Below, in pieces: positions 1 through 12,000 of a DNA stretch of 64,000 nucleotides. Numbering within the stretch: the stretch's first letter is position 1; each line of letters starts with the position of its first letter. The position numbers were made by a program, and so were the translations under genes. The DNA is from Convolutriloba macropyga (taxonomy: Eukaryota). The stretch is from NCBI RefSeq assembly GCF_964194025.1, contig NC_134474.1, positions 18,910,001 through 18,974,000 of the forward strand, in the 5' to 3' direction. Under the pieces are notes generated by a model. That model did no database searches, was not told where the DNA came from, and worked only from the letters and a program-made list of their open reading frames with translations.

Positions 1-618
1 AGTTATTAGATATTTTTCTCTGTACTCTTTTGCCTTTGAATTCGTTTATTTACCCCACAGTCTCTTTAATTGATTTCTTTGTGGATTAAAAACTGAAACA
101 GGGATGTTATAATTCCAAAAATGGTTTGCTACAGGTCAGATGTTGCTTCTAAAGTGGCACTTGATTAAAACTCAAACCTTTTTTTCCCACATTTGGCTTT
201 TTTACAGACTTTGATACTGTATTGCGATCTATGGCTTTCAAAACGCCATTATACTTTCCTGGTACAGAACTTTTCTCACAATATGTGGAGGAACTTCTTT
301 GTTTATTGCAAATAGTTTTTACTGAAGGCTTAAAATCTGTTTTTACACGTGTTTTTTTTGGTAGTTACATTGGCGTTTTTTCAGTTCTTTAATTTTCCTT
401 TTTAAATTGCCTTTTTTATTCTTGTTTTTCAACACTCCAATGACGTATATGAATACGCACATAATTTACTTGAAAAGGCGAAAAGATAGCTCTCTATTTT
501 TGCTCGAATTGAAAAATCTGCGTCGTGATGTTATAGTTGGCTTTAACTAAATAGAAAAAATCTACAGCTTTCTTCCCCAGAACTCAAATATTGGTTTGAT
601 TTTTTCGATTGCTTTTTG

Positions 619-645
619 ATCTCTCTCTCTCTCTCTCTCTCTCTC
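619..645. repeat. (TC)n microsatellite
   Basis: Run of about 12 TC units. Confidence 0.9.
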
Positions 646-1870
646 CTGTAAATTTAAAATTTCTCCTGTTTATTTAAATTGGTTCTTTTCTCTTCTGAGT
701 TTTTAAAAGAATTCACAAAGAGATAAGTATCGGATGCAACTAATGTATGACATATACATTAAGCTTATATGAATGTTTCTGTTTAGTTATATTCACCTTC
801 TTTTTTATTTGCTCTTTCTCAACTTCAGATTGTAGTATTCATGATCCGACTTGAATTTCAAATGAAAATGCTTATCTTCTCCTTTCTAATGTAAGCTATT
901 TTCTATGTTAAGTTACGGACGCTGTTCTTGTTTTTTTTTGGGGGGGGGGGGGGCAAGCGACCGGAAACATTGGGTTTTCGGTTATTGGAAGGATTTATGT
1001 TGAGCTCTACAGTCAGTAAGCATTTTTTGTTTTTAAGGGAAGTCTTTTGTATTCAAGTCGTGCTATATCGTTTTTAACATGTTGAAAGATAAGAATTCTT
1101 TGTTATTTAGTCGTAAGAGCATACTGGTCGTGGATTACTATGTGCACTAGTTTGCACTCTGAGAATAACTTGCACTCTGAGAACTTTTTTAGAGAACACT
1201 CTGATAACTTTTTTAGCTATGAAAAGCCATAATTTATTAGAAATTCTTTTTTCCGCCTTATAAATGAACCATTGTGTAGGGCTAAAAATGAAAGATGTTC
1301 TATGCCGAGCTGTAAAATTGTATTGGCTAGCCAAAAATTTTTTACTCTCAACGAAAATACTTCAAGAGAAATTAACATATTTTATCATAAATTGAAAGAG
1401 TACTATTTACTAAAGGCTTCAATTTTGCCATACTCATTGCCTGCATGCTAAAGGAGTACCCAAATTGTGTTGGTTTTTCGTTGAAAAAAATAACCCTTGT
1501 AGCATCAATAGAATACTAGATGTGACCATTTTTCTGAAAATGTTTCCGATTTCAGTGGAAAATGATTTTAAAAAAATTTGAAGTATTTTGAAAAATTTGA
1601 AGTATTTTTGAAGAAATCATCTGGCTATGGCAGGGAATGAACAAGAAGTAGTGCTCAATGTTATAGGGATTTCAAACAATTTTAGGCACACGTTTGGGAG
1701 GGAAAAAATAGGATTTCACTGCACCAAATTTTAAAAAAATATATCTTTTCTATTTATACTTTTGCCGTGGTCCATTTGAACTGTATCGTCCGTTGCCTGT
1801 CCCCTCCGGGTCTCTTTGATAATCTAACGATTAATATTTGTTATAGAATGTACTTATTTAACCGGAGAAA

Positions 1871-3609
1871 TTAATTCTTTCCTTCTTTCTTGCTCGCCGT
1901 CTTAGTTTGATACAGATTCAGCGCACTCCATTCCGTTAGTACCCCCCACCGCATTTGATTGAAGATTGGAGAACCCCGTTCTCTCTCCTTGTGTTTTTCC
2001 TTACGTAAATTAAAAATTTTTGCTGGTTAGTCCAAGTTTGTTGATTGACATGTCGAAACTCATTGACTTGTATTTGATTGCAGAGATGCTTAAATTTTAA
2101 TGAGAGTTAAAACACCCATGTGCACATTCTAAAATGCCAAAAGTCTACAGTGCCAGAAGTTAAAAGTGCCAGAAGTTCCTATATTCTTAGCCAGAAATGT
2201 GACTTTTTTTATAATTTCGTCATTTTAAAACGTGCACTTTTCCGAGTTTTAAGCAAGGTTTTATGTGACTGCAGAAGTCACTTCAATATTGTGTCTCAAT
2301 ATTTTGAACCGCTTCGCAGTTCTCTATAAACGGCAGAAGTTCTCAGTGACTTCAGGAAGAGTGACATAAATAACCTATACAGAAACGCTTATTTTATACA
2401 GAAACGATTAGTCTGGAGAGTTGTTCTGTAAAGAAGTAATGGTCATGTGACTCTGCTTGAGGTCACTGAGAACTTCTGGCGTTTATCGAGAACCGCGGTT
2501 CGTGATATTAAGCCAGAATTTAGAATTGACGTCTGTAAAGTCACGTAACCTGGCTTAAAACACGAAACGCGCATGTTTCAAAATGACGAAAGTCAACGGA
2601 AGTCAACTTCTGGCTAAGTAGCAACTTCTGGCAATGCAGACTTTCGTGCACGTGAGTGTTTTAATAGTTCTGAAAGATTTTGAAGAAATTGAGCGCGACC
2701 TTTGTCTTTGTTGGCCTCTGCCAAGATGTCTTTGTCAATTCTGGTGTCTGAGTTGAGCCAGTTGATGGCTAGTATGAGGACATCGCTTGCTAACTCTGAC
2801 CTGCACGCTGGCATCTCTATCCCCAGTGCGCGTAGGAAGCGAGAGGGTACCTGCACTGTGCGCTTGTTACTAGTCCACACCGGAACTGCTCTATTTTCTT
2901 GCTCTGAAAGTGGACTCCTTCCGTGATATGATAGAAAGAGGTTGAATGGAATTAATCCCAAGCATTTTTCGGATCTTTTCCGTTTGTCCCCCCCCCCCCC
3001 CCCAGTACGTTATGGACCCCCCAGTTGCAGAGCACGTGTCATTATATAGTAAATCATTAAGTAAAAATATGGCAAATGCGTCTGGGGGGTGCGCCCACTA
3101 AGCTCGGGGCACAAACGGAAAAGATCCCATTTTTCTTAATATAAAATTGTTTATGCAACTAATGAGTCTTGCAGTTCTCGTTTGGTCGAGTTCAGTCGGC
3201 TTATGTTTGAAATAAATTTGTTGCAACTTCCGGGCTCAAGCTTTTCAGTCATAACATTGCGAAGATCATTGACTTTCAGAATTTATTAATTTAATGTCAT
3301 AATTTGTCTTGAAGTAACGGGGAAAATATCTTTGGATCTATTCTGTTTCCACCCCAGCGTAGGAGGCATATAAATTTTATGACCCCCAGGCGCACGCGCG
3401 GTTTTTCAAATAGCAACGTGCAATATAGCAACAATTTGTGACTGGGGTAATAAAAACACGACACGGGGGAACTGGAAGAAAGATCCCTTTGTTCGTGTAT
3501 TTGCATTGCATTCTTACTCACCTGATCTGACATGAGTGGATGTGCTTTTTCTGCCTGATGTCGGCTGTGGCGGCCGATCAGCTGCGCCTCCAGTCGCTGA
3601 CTCGCTCAT
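1871..3609 (-). CDS. Unannotated 3-exon gene (~147 aa), possibly remote SKP1/BTB-POZ-like; the 3' end may extend further
   Basis: Exon 1 3609-3522 (MSESATGGAADRPPQ..., donor CAG|GTGAGT, phase 1). Exon 2 2903-2700 (tttcag|, AAG|GT, phase 1, within ORF 2614-2961). Exon 3 2022-1871 (ctaaccag|, open to TAA). Phases are mutually consistent. Confidence 0.6.
2111..2660. mobile_element. Fold-back MITE with TTAA target duplication (Kolobok/piggyBac-type), intronic
   Basis: Ends are TTAA-AACACCCATGTGCAC and GTGCACGTGAGTGTT-TTAA. The halves are imperfect inverted copies (gccagaagtt, ttcgtcatttt, agaagttctcagtgac blocks). Confidence 0.7.
2971..3127. mobile_element. ~155-bp MITE family A, copy 1
   Basis: TIR GGATCTTTTCCGTTTGT / ACAAACGGAAAAGATCC with a perfect 8-bp TSD CATTTTTC. 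Confidence 0.85.
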
Positions 3610-3653
3610 TGTTGAAAACACTGGTGATAGAGGAGAAAAGCAAACCTTTTTCT

Positions 3654-3858
3654 GAAATGAGGTGGTCGTGAATTGGAAAACGTTTGAATGGAAAATGAAA
3701 TTCTCGATAAACGTCAGAAGTCATTGCTGCGTCTTTGACTGCTCAAGTGCTGAAGGATCTTTTTCTTTTATGCCCCTGTCCAGATTTGTTGCATCGTGCC
3801 CTTGAGCAAGTGCATATAGTTCGACACTTTACTACATTAAATTAAAAGCATCTCTTTC
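3654..3858. promoter_or_regulatory. Putative bidirectional promoter/outron region
   Basis: About 205 bp between two divergent genes, bounded by outward-facing TTTCAG acceptors (minus-strand AG at 3653-3652, plus-strand AG at 3859-3860). Confidence 0.45.
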
Positions 3859-3866
3859 AGAGTGAA

Positions 3867-5585
3867 ATGACTTCAGGAACTACCCGATCTCCTTTGAAAG
3901 ACAAGGATGAATTGTACAGATGCATAATTAGCCAGCTGCTCTACGATGGACACCACGAGCAGGCTCTCTCCTTAATCCAAGTCGTGATGCCCAACCCTGA
4001 ATGTCCACCTTCTGGCCGGCTACTGAGTATCTTCCAAAAAGGTGCAGATCAGTTTGTTTCTGTTAATAAGTTGAGTTTTGTTTAGGGCAAGAATTTCACA
4101 GCCCCAATTTGGTATGGTTAGTCCAGGAATGGGATATTGGGCGAAAGCAATTATTGTAGACATTAGGCGGATTGTATTTCAACTAAAATTTTGGGGTCCT
4201 TCGCATTGCCCCCACCCCCAGAAATTAGACAACTGGGTTAAATTGGGACCCCCGAAATTCAAGTTCAATTGACACTCATGTTTTGTGGACTGACTGGAAT
4301 TTTTACATGAAAAAGCTAAAAATTTAAAGATGGATAAGCGGGGATTTTTACCTCCTCTTTTATAGTTATTCACATTTTAGACAAATGGGGTTATGATATG
4401 GGGCAATGCTGTAAAATTTGCATGTAAATATGAAGTAACTGTTTAGGATTAACCGCGGAATCTGCTGAAAAAAGCGAACAAGAAAAACAGGCACAACTTA
4501 GCAATCCCCTTCTCGCACCCGGAGGAACTCCCGCCCCTACTGCCAGTTCAGGTATTGACCTGGAGTACGAAAGTGATGTACTTATCATGACACCAGAAGC
4601 TGTCAACTACGACACTGTTTACGTAACCAGTCATAAGGACCCTTGTAAGACGACGGGCTTCAGCTATGATGGCCAGTATGTTGCGACTGGATCCGTGGAC
4701 GCTTCGATAAAACTGTTAGACGTTGATAAAATGTTAATCAAAGGTACCTCAGAGGCTGCCAGTGAATCGGCTGATCAGCATCCCGTTATCAAAACGTACT
4801 ATGACCACGTCAATGAAATTACCTGCATTAAATTTCACCCTTTCGATACCTTCATGGCATCAGGAGCTAAAGATAAGATGGTAAAAGTGTATGATTATTC
4901 CAAAACTGCCAGCAAGAAAGCGGTACGAACTTTAGAAGATGTTGAACCAATCAAAGATGTAAGCTACCATCCTGGTGGAGAGTGGTTACTAGTTGCTTGT
5001 CGACACCCAGTTCTGCGTTTGTATAATTTGGAAAACGGTTCCTGCTTTGTCGGAGCAAATCCTAGAGAACATCACACAAAATTTGTGAATGCCGTTGATT
5101 ATGCTCCCAACGGTCGACTGTATGCCAGCGGGGATAAGGCTGGCAATATTAAAATCTGGGACGGAGTTTCAAGTCGTTGTATCCAAAATATTTTGGGAGC
5201 GCACGGCGGGGAACCAATTTGCTCGGTACGGTTTAGTAAAAACTCGCGCTATCTTCTAACCGCTGGCAAAGATTCCTTAGTTAAACTATGGGAGATTGGA
5301 ACCAGTCGAGATATTTTGACGTATACTGGAGCTGGATCCCAGAAAATGACCAAAAGAGTTCCGGCTGTATTTAATCATACGGAAGATTACGTATTTTTCC
5401 CTGATGAAGGCGCGACTAGTTTGTGTTGCTGGTCTTCAAGAAATGGAGAAAGAATGCGGTTGCTGCCGTTAGTACATTCAAGATCTGTTCGTTTTATTGC
5501 ACATTCGCCTGTACATGCAGGTATGATGACCTGTGGTGATGATTACAGGGCTAGGTTTTGGTATGCTAAACCATTGGAGTCATAA
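3867..5585 (+). CDS. CSTF1: Cleavage stimulation factor subunit 1 (CstF-50), 2 exons, ~437 aa
   Basis: Exon 1 3867-4041 encodes the N-terminal dimerisation motif LYRCIISQLLYDG. Phase-1 intron 4042-4446 (GT..AG). Exon 2 4447-5585 has GIDLEYESDV..YVTSHK and WD40 repeats. AATAAA at 5617. Confidence 0.95.
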
Positions 5586-6080
5586 CTTGGTTGCAATATT
5601 GGTCTGGTTTTGCGGAAATAAATCTAGAAACTATTTTACGATAAACTTTTGTTCAGATGTAAACCAATTGTTGTGTTGCTTGTAATTTAATTTGTTTTCT
5701 CCTGTCGTGATGATTTGCAAGTTACTAGATGACGCTGATAGAAGGATGGCTCTCTACATCTCTACATGCAAGAATTTTAACAATATAAGCTGACAACAAC
5801 CTCGAGGCTTTGAATGCAGGTTGAGAGATTAACTTTTGAATGAGCAAGTACTTACAGATAGACCTATTAGTAGTGAGAAATAGAGGGGTGGGGGTTGATT
5901 TGCCGTAAAGTTTTATGATTTCTTCAACCTTGTCTCGAACTCAAGTTCATATTTTCGGATAGAAGTGCTTTCCAAGTAATTAAAATATAAAGAAGAATCA
6001 GTTGAACCCCTCTCTGTACTGATGTATACCGACAGTAAAATTCTCAGTTCAATTTTTCAGACATTTTGATAATTTGTACA

Positions 6081-9000
6081 ATGCCAATTATTTCTGTGGA
6101 CAAAGCGATTGTAGAAAAAGAGTTGGGAGGCGACCTATGTGATGAAACACCATTTGGCGATCTTCTTTTCGACTATGGACTTGAGCTCGATGAAGTAGAG
6201 GAGGACGCCGCTAGTGGAAAAGTGACATACAGAGTGGAGTTACCAGCTAATCGATATGACTTGTTAAGCTCTGAAGGATTGCTCCGAGCGCTGAAAGTGT
6301 TCACGGGGCAGATACCAGAAAGCCCAATGTATAGACTTGTGGAACCCGCGGAACGGATTACTCTCACTGTGGAGGCTAGTACACAGAAGGTCAGACCTTT
6401 TTGTGTTTCGGCTGTACTCCGTGATGTTACATTGTCACAAGCAGCACTTGCAAGCTTCATTGACCTTCAGGATAAATTGCATCTCAATTTGGGCAGGCGA
6501 AGGACCCTAGTAGCAATCGGGACCCATGACTTGGACACTTTGAAACCCCCGTTCGTGTACAAAGCTCTGCCGCCTAAAGATATTAAATTCAAACCGCTCA
6601 ATCAATCGAAAGAGTTCGATGCGGAGGAGTTAATGGAATTCTACAAATCTGATTTGGCGCTGAGAGCGTACTTGAAAATTCTAGAAGATGAGCCGTTGTA
6701 TCCTGTTATTTATGATTCTCAGGATATTGTATGTTCAATGCCTCCCATTATAAACGGAGATCACAGCAAAATGAGTGTAAATACTAAAAATATATTCATA
6801 GAGTGCACAGCTACGGATGAGACAAAAGCCAAAATCGTACTTAACACCATAGTCACTTTGTTCAGTCAATATTGTTCGCAGCAATTCACAGTAGAGCCTG
6901 TCAATGTTGTGTACGAATCCTCTGGTGAAACTAAAAGTCTGCCCCAGTTTAACTACAGAACGGAGAGTGTATCAGGCGCAATGACAAACAAGAAAATTGG
7001 GGTGAATATTCCGGTCCCTCAAATGGCGAATTTATTGACTAAAATGTGTCTAAGTGCGGAGTTACAAAGTGATGGAGATACGATTACAGTGACGATTCCG
7101 CCCACAAGAGCGGATGTGTTGCATGCTTGTGATATCTATGAGGATATAGCAATTGCGTTTGGATACAACAATATTGAGAAGGTCAGTTTGCTATTTGGGA
7201 GTATACAAATGTCATGATCAACTGCCACATCAACACCTTATCCCCATAAGTATTTTCTTAGGAGTATCTTTCGAACAACTTAAAATGGGGCTTCAGGAAA
7301 ACACTTCTCAATTAATTCACCTAACGTGAGAACAAAATATTGATCCATCTTGAAAACTAATCAAAATTGTTGACCTCTCAATGGATAATTTTAATGTGAC
7401 GTTTTAAGATGTAATGTTTTAAGATATGTGACGTTTTAAGATATGTGACGTTTTAAGACAAGTTTTGACAGAAATGTGTTGAATATGAATTGAAGAATAT
7501 TATATAATTGATGGAAGTTACCATCGGAACACCTGAAGATGTCGTATCGTCCCCTTTGACCTGGTACTTTTTAGGTGTTCCCTCCGACGAATACAGTTGC
7601 ACATCAGCTGCCGGTGAACAAACTGAGTGATAAAGTGAAAGAGAATGTGGCAATGAGTGGTTACACAGAGGTGTTCACTTTCTCTCTCTGCTCCAGAGCA
7701 GACATCTCAACCAACATTGGTTACCCAACTGAAGAACAGGCTCTGAAGACTGCTGTGCAAGTGTCAAACCCCGCAACTTTTGAATTCCAGGTATGTATAC
7801 CTTTGAATAAATAGGCTGTTTCCCATTCGTTTGGTACAAATTTTGGTATGATTTAAAACTGCAAAATGTTCTATTTGCTTAATTTTGTCATAATTAATCA
7901 CAAAATATGTCAACTGCGATAAACATTTTATCCAAATTGATTAAATAAAACCACTTCCGAGGTGTATATTGGTTATTAATTGCCCTCGTTCGAAGTTCGA
8001 AGCAATTATTGTAATAGTAAATGGTTAATAACGGCCGTCAGCCTCTTAACGGCTTTGATTTAGGTGCCCTCCTTTTTTTACATTTCAAAGAACTTGAGTT
8101 GTATTTGTGCTCCGTCTTTTCCCATTTCACCGATTTTGAATTGTATCAGGGTGCTGTCGTTTTACGACCCGAAGAGTAGTGATGATAATCTATTTTAATA
8201 GCCGCCGTCAGCCTCTCAACGGCTTTTCACTAGGCGCTCTTTTTACAATTCAAAGAATTTGAATTGTATTGGGGCGCTATCTTTTCTTTTAAGATCTGTT
8301 AACACATTTTTATGATTTTTGAAGTCAAATTGGAGTAGTGATTTTAGTCATGCCGAAACAGGAAGTGGAGCGAAAAAGCGAGTGGTTTTGCGGCGTGACA
8401 TTTTTCAGCTCTAAATTTAAAGTAGAGTGAGAAAATGGTGTTTGAACAAAAATTCGTTTTCTCGCTAGTGGTTTTTTTTGTTCACGTACGGATATTTCAC
8501 TTTGATTTTTACTGTTTTTTTTCAATTTTTTGGATCGGATTTTTTTTTCTAAATGGTTTTCCATTCATAGTTCAATCCATTCATAGTTCATTCTAGGTTC
8601 AATCCATTCATAGTTCATTTTAGGTTCAATCCATTCATAGTTCATTCTAGCCTAGTGTTTTGCTTGAACCAAATGTACATTTCTCGCTAGTGGTTTTTTT
8701 GTTCACATGCGGCATTTTGACATCGGTTTTCTGTTTTTTTTTCACTAATTTTTTGATCTGATTTTTTTTAGAAATGGTTTTTACAATTTTCCGTAGGTCT
8801 ATTTTTTTGCTTATTCAATGAAAATTCTTTGAATTGTACATCAGGTCTCATCCTGTTATGTTTTTAAACTTGTTTACCTCTCGTTCACATTTTTCCTTTC
8901 ACATAAGTCATGACTTTCACGTTTGACTCTTGTCCTACTTCACTCACTGTTTCAGCTGAATGGATTTGAAATTCTTTTCCGTATGTAGTGTCACGTTATC

Positions 9001-12000
9001 AATTACGTAATGTAGCGAATACGGTCAAATAAATCCCGGTCATTGAGTCATAATGCATTAGATTATCAAAGTTCATTAAAGTGATTGCTAGGTGGCATTA
9101 GTATTATGTTTAATAGAGTTCAGTTTGGAAGCTGAATTAAGTGTAATTTTTGAATCTAACCGCATATGCAGAATTTGCACAACAAATAAGAGCACTTTGA
9201 CACTTAGAAAAATTGTGTCAATTTCTATCGCTTAATTTTTTTTCTGTTGCAATCCCGAGGTGCGTCAAGTGGGTCAACTATTTCCCAATGTCGTTATGTG
9301 GCGACTTTTTTTCCGACAATTTGTCGGCTACGTTTTTGATTCTAGTTTTAATGTTTGATGAATCAAGGTTTTTTGGCTAATATTAATGGCAAATGTTTGC
9401 GTTTTACTCATCTTCAGTCTTTAAGTTTTGTTGCTCTATTATCAGTGTTTTCAGGAGCCTTAATAGATGTCTTGGCTGTTAATCTACAGTTTTTGTGGAA
9501 TGCATTCTGTTTCGGCGCCCAGTGTTTTTATGCTCCCTCACTTGCAAATTATGTATTCTTAAATTGTACGTTACTATATCAAAATAGCACGTGCGTCTGG
9601 GCGCGTAAAAGCTATAAGCCAAGGAGACGAAATGAATAAAATCATTTTTTGGATATGGTTTTCTCGTTTAACTTCCTATTCAGTGATAACAGAATCTTGT
9701 TAACTTTTCAGCAATGTTTCCTTGAAATATCAATTTCAATTGCTGCTGAAAAAATTTAGAGCAATTATTGTAAACGTTTGGTTTTTAATCGAAAATTGTC
9801 GCTTGTCTGTATTGATAGAAAATTCTTTTGCTCGCGTGAGCAATTTAAATTGACTTTCTTCAAAAACAGAATAAACAGGTTATCCATACGGTCATGTCTG
9901 GTTTATCAGAGAATCAAAGGGAGAAAATGTTTGGCACTAAACCATCGAGGCAGCTCAATTTAATCTATTAGTTTGCCATTAAATTTTAGTAACGCACATG
10001 GAAAATACATACGCAATAGAAGTATGTTTTTGCAATTTACTTGTTTAGTTTTCTTGCCTACGTAGTTGCAATCCTAAGGATAAACTTGCTTGCCCTACTT
10101 AATCGCTCTCGCACTCTTAAAATCTCACTAATTACTGAGAAAAAGCATCTAATTTTTACACTTTCTTTCTCTAAAGAACTTAGAACATAAATCATAGTCT
10201 CTCTTGCTCGTGCCTTATGCCCAGCACTCGGGCAAAAGTGCCCTCGTGTCCGGGCACTAAGCTACTAGGGTGATTAAGTTTATGTTGTAACATAAATTTA
10301 AGTTGCTAAGTTCACTATAGCTGATGTTCCTCTCATTCGTTTTCTGCCTATACTTTTCTTGTATACTCTACCTCCGCGGGCACGGCGGCTGTTCTGAGAC
10401 CTGATGTAGCTGCAGCCTAACAAGCCAACCAACTTCAGTTCGAAAGTAATTCGCCCGACGGTAGTGGGTTTGTTTTCTTTTTCGATAAAGTTGTCCCACA
10501 GAAATTAGAGCTGTAATTAGAACTGCGTGTTCAAGATCTCTGCATAATTTGTTGAATGAATTGAGAGTTTTTTGAACATTTTCGATAGGCAAAAACTGAA
10601 AAATGATAAAAGCATGTTTGCGTAACTTAACTTGGGCCAAAATTCGCTGACGGTGAAATTTGGTTAAGCGGAATAGAAAGTGACGCACGGCATTCTAGCT
10701 TTCTAGACTGGTGATTGTTGTATGAATGAAATTGTTTGTACTATGACCCCGGCTTTATTAGATGGACTTCTGCTTCCCAATAGATCGCCTGAGCTTCATT
10801 ATTTTTTTAGTTTGCTTTTCTTATTTTTGTACTCAGATGCAGTTAGATCTAAACCCAAAGTTACCAACAATTTTGTCCATTTTATCAATGATTCAATTCT
10901 TGTATTTTGATTTTCTATCAGGGGTATTCAGGGATAAATTTTCTGGTTTTATTTTTAATCCTTGTTTTAGCTAAATGTGTTTTCGTTTATCAAAGTTAAC
11001 AGTATTAATGGGAAGGTTTTTTAAATTTTCGGAGCAATATTTTGTTCAAGGAAAACTAAAGGTAGAGATATCTACCGTGGTTTTTTAACATTCTTTATAT
11101 TCGAAAAAGGCTATTTGAAAAAGGCATTGAACTTTGTGTTCAGTTCGAATTCAGTTTCATTGATTATTAAAATTCAATTTTTAAATGGAGTCACTCTGTT
11201 AAACATCTCTGCTTAAATTGCTGGCTTGATGTTCTCTTTTGTGAAATCGTATGAGTCAAAATATTTTTTCCAGCAATCGATTAATAAAAAATGAGCCTAT
11301 AATTTGTTAAGTTTCAGTTTCATACATTAACATTTGGGTGTTGTGAGCTTCTCAAGCTTTTTATTATCTGGAAGTGCCTACTGGTTGTATAGAGCACTAG
11401 TATAGAGAAATTTATTCGAATTTTGTATTTTATAATTTTCAATTAATCAAACGAGGTAATTGCGTATTAATTGATGTGAAAGCCCAGATCAATGGTTGTA
11501 AATTGTTTTGATCTGTCTTTTCCTGGTTTTCTCAATAATCTAAAGCGAAGATGTAGCTGCTTCTTTTGGATTTGTATTCCTCTTGTCTTTCTCTCTACAT
11601 GTTAAATTGACAATGGTGGAAATGATCGCTCCAACTGCCGTTATCATTCCACTCCAAGGTACTATAAGGCTCCAACCAACTTTGGAACGTACTTCTTCCT
11701 CGAGGAATTGAGATCGATTGCCGTAGATTCCAAAATAGATTGCAGAATGCTTGGACTGCGCGTCACTTATGGCCATTGTCTGTTAAAAGAGAGCGAACAC
11801 AAAAGTTTTAACAATTTTTAAAGCGAGGCTTGTTTTTGACTGAAAAACGGTTTTTGCGAGACCTCTTAGAATTTCGGATACTTTCTAGCCATTTTGAACA
11901 CCATAGATTTGTTGAGTAGAAGCTTTTTCAAATGATATCAATATAATATGAAAAATTTTGTGGTGAATTATTTCATTAATTATCAGCTTGCCTGTAGTAT

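Noticed and set aside
6066-6080. ORF-track start of FARSB at 6066
   Set aside because: It is a TTG; the ATG at 6081 gives the conserved MPxI/V start.
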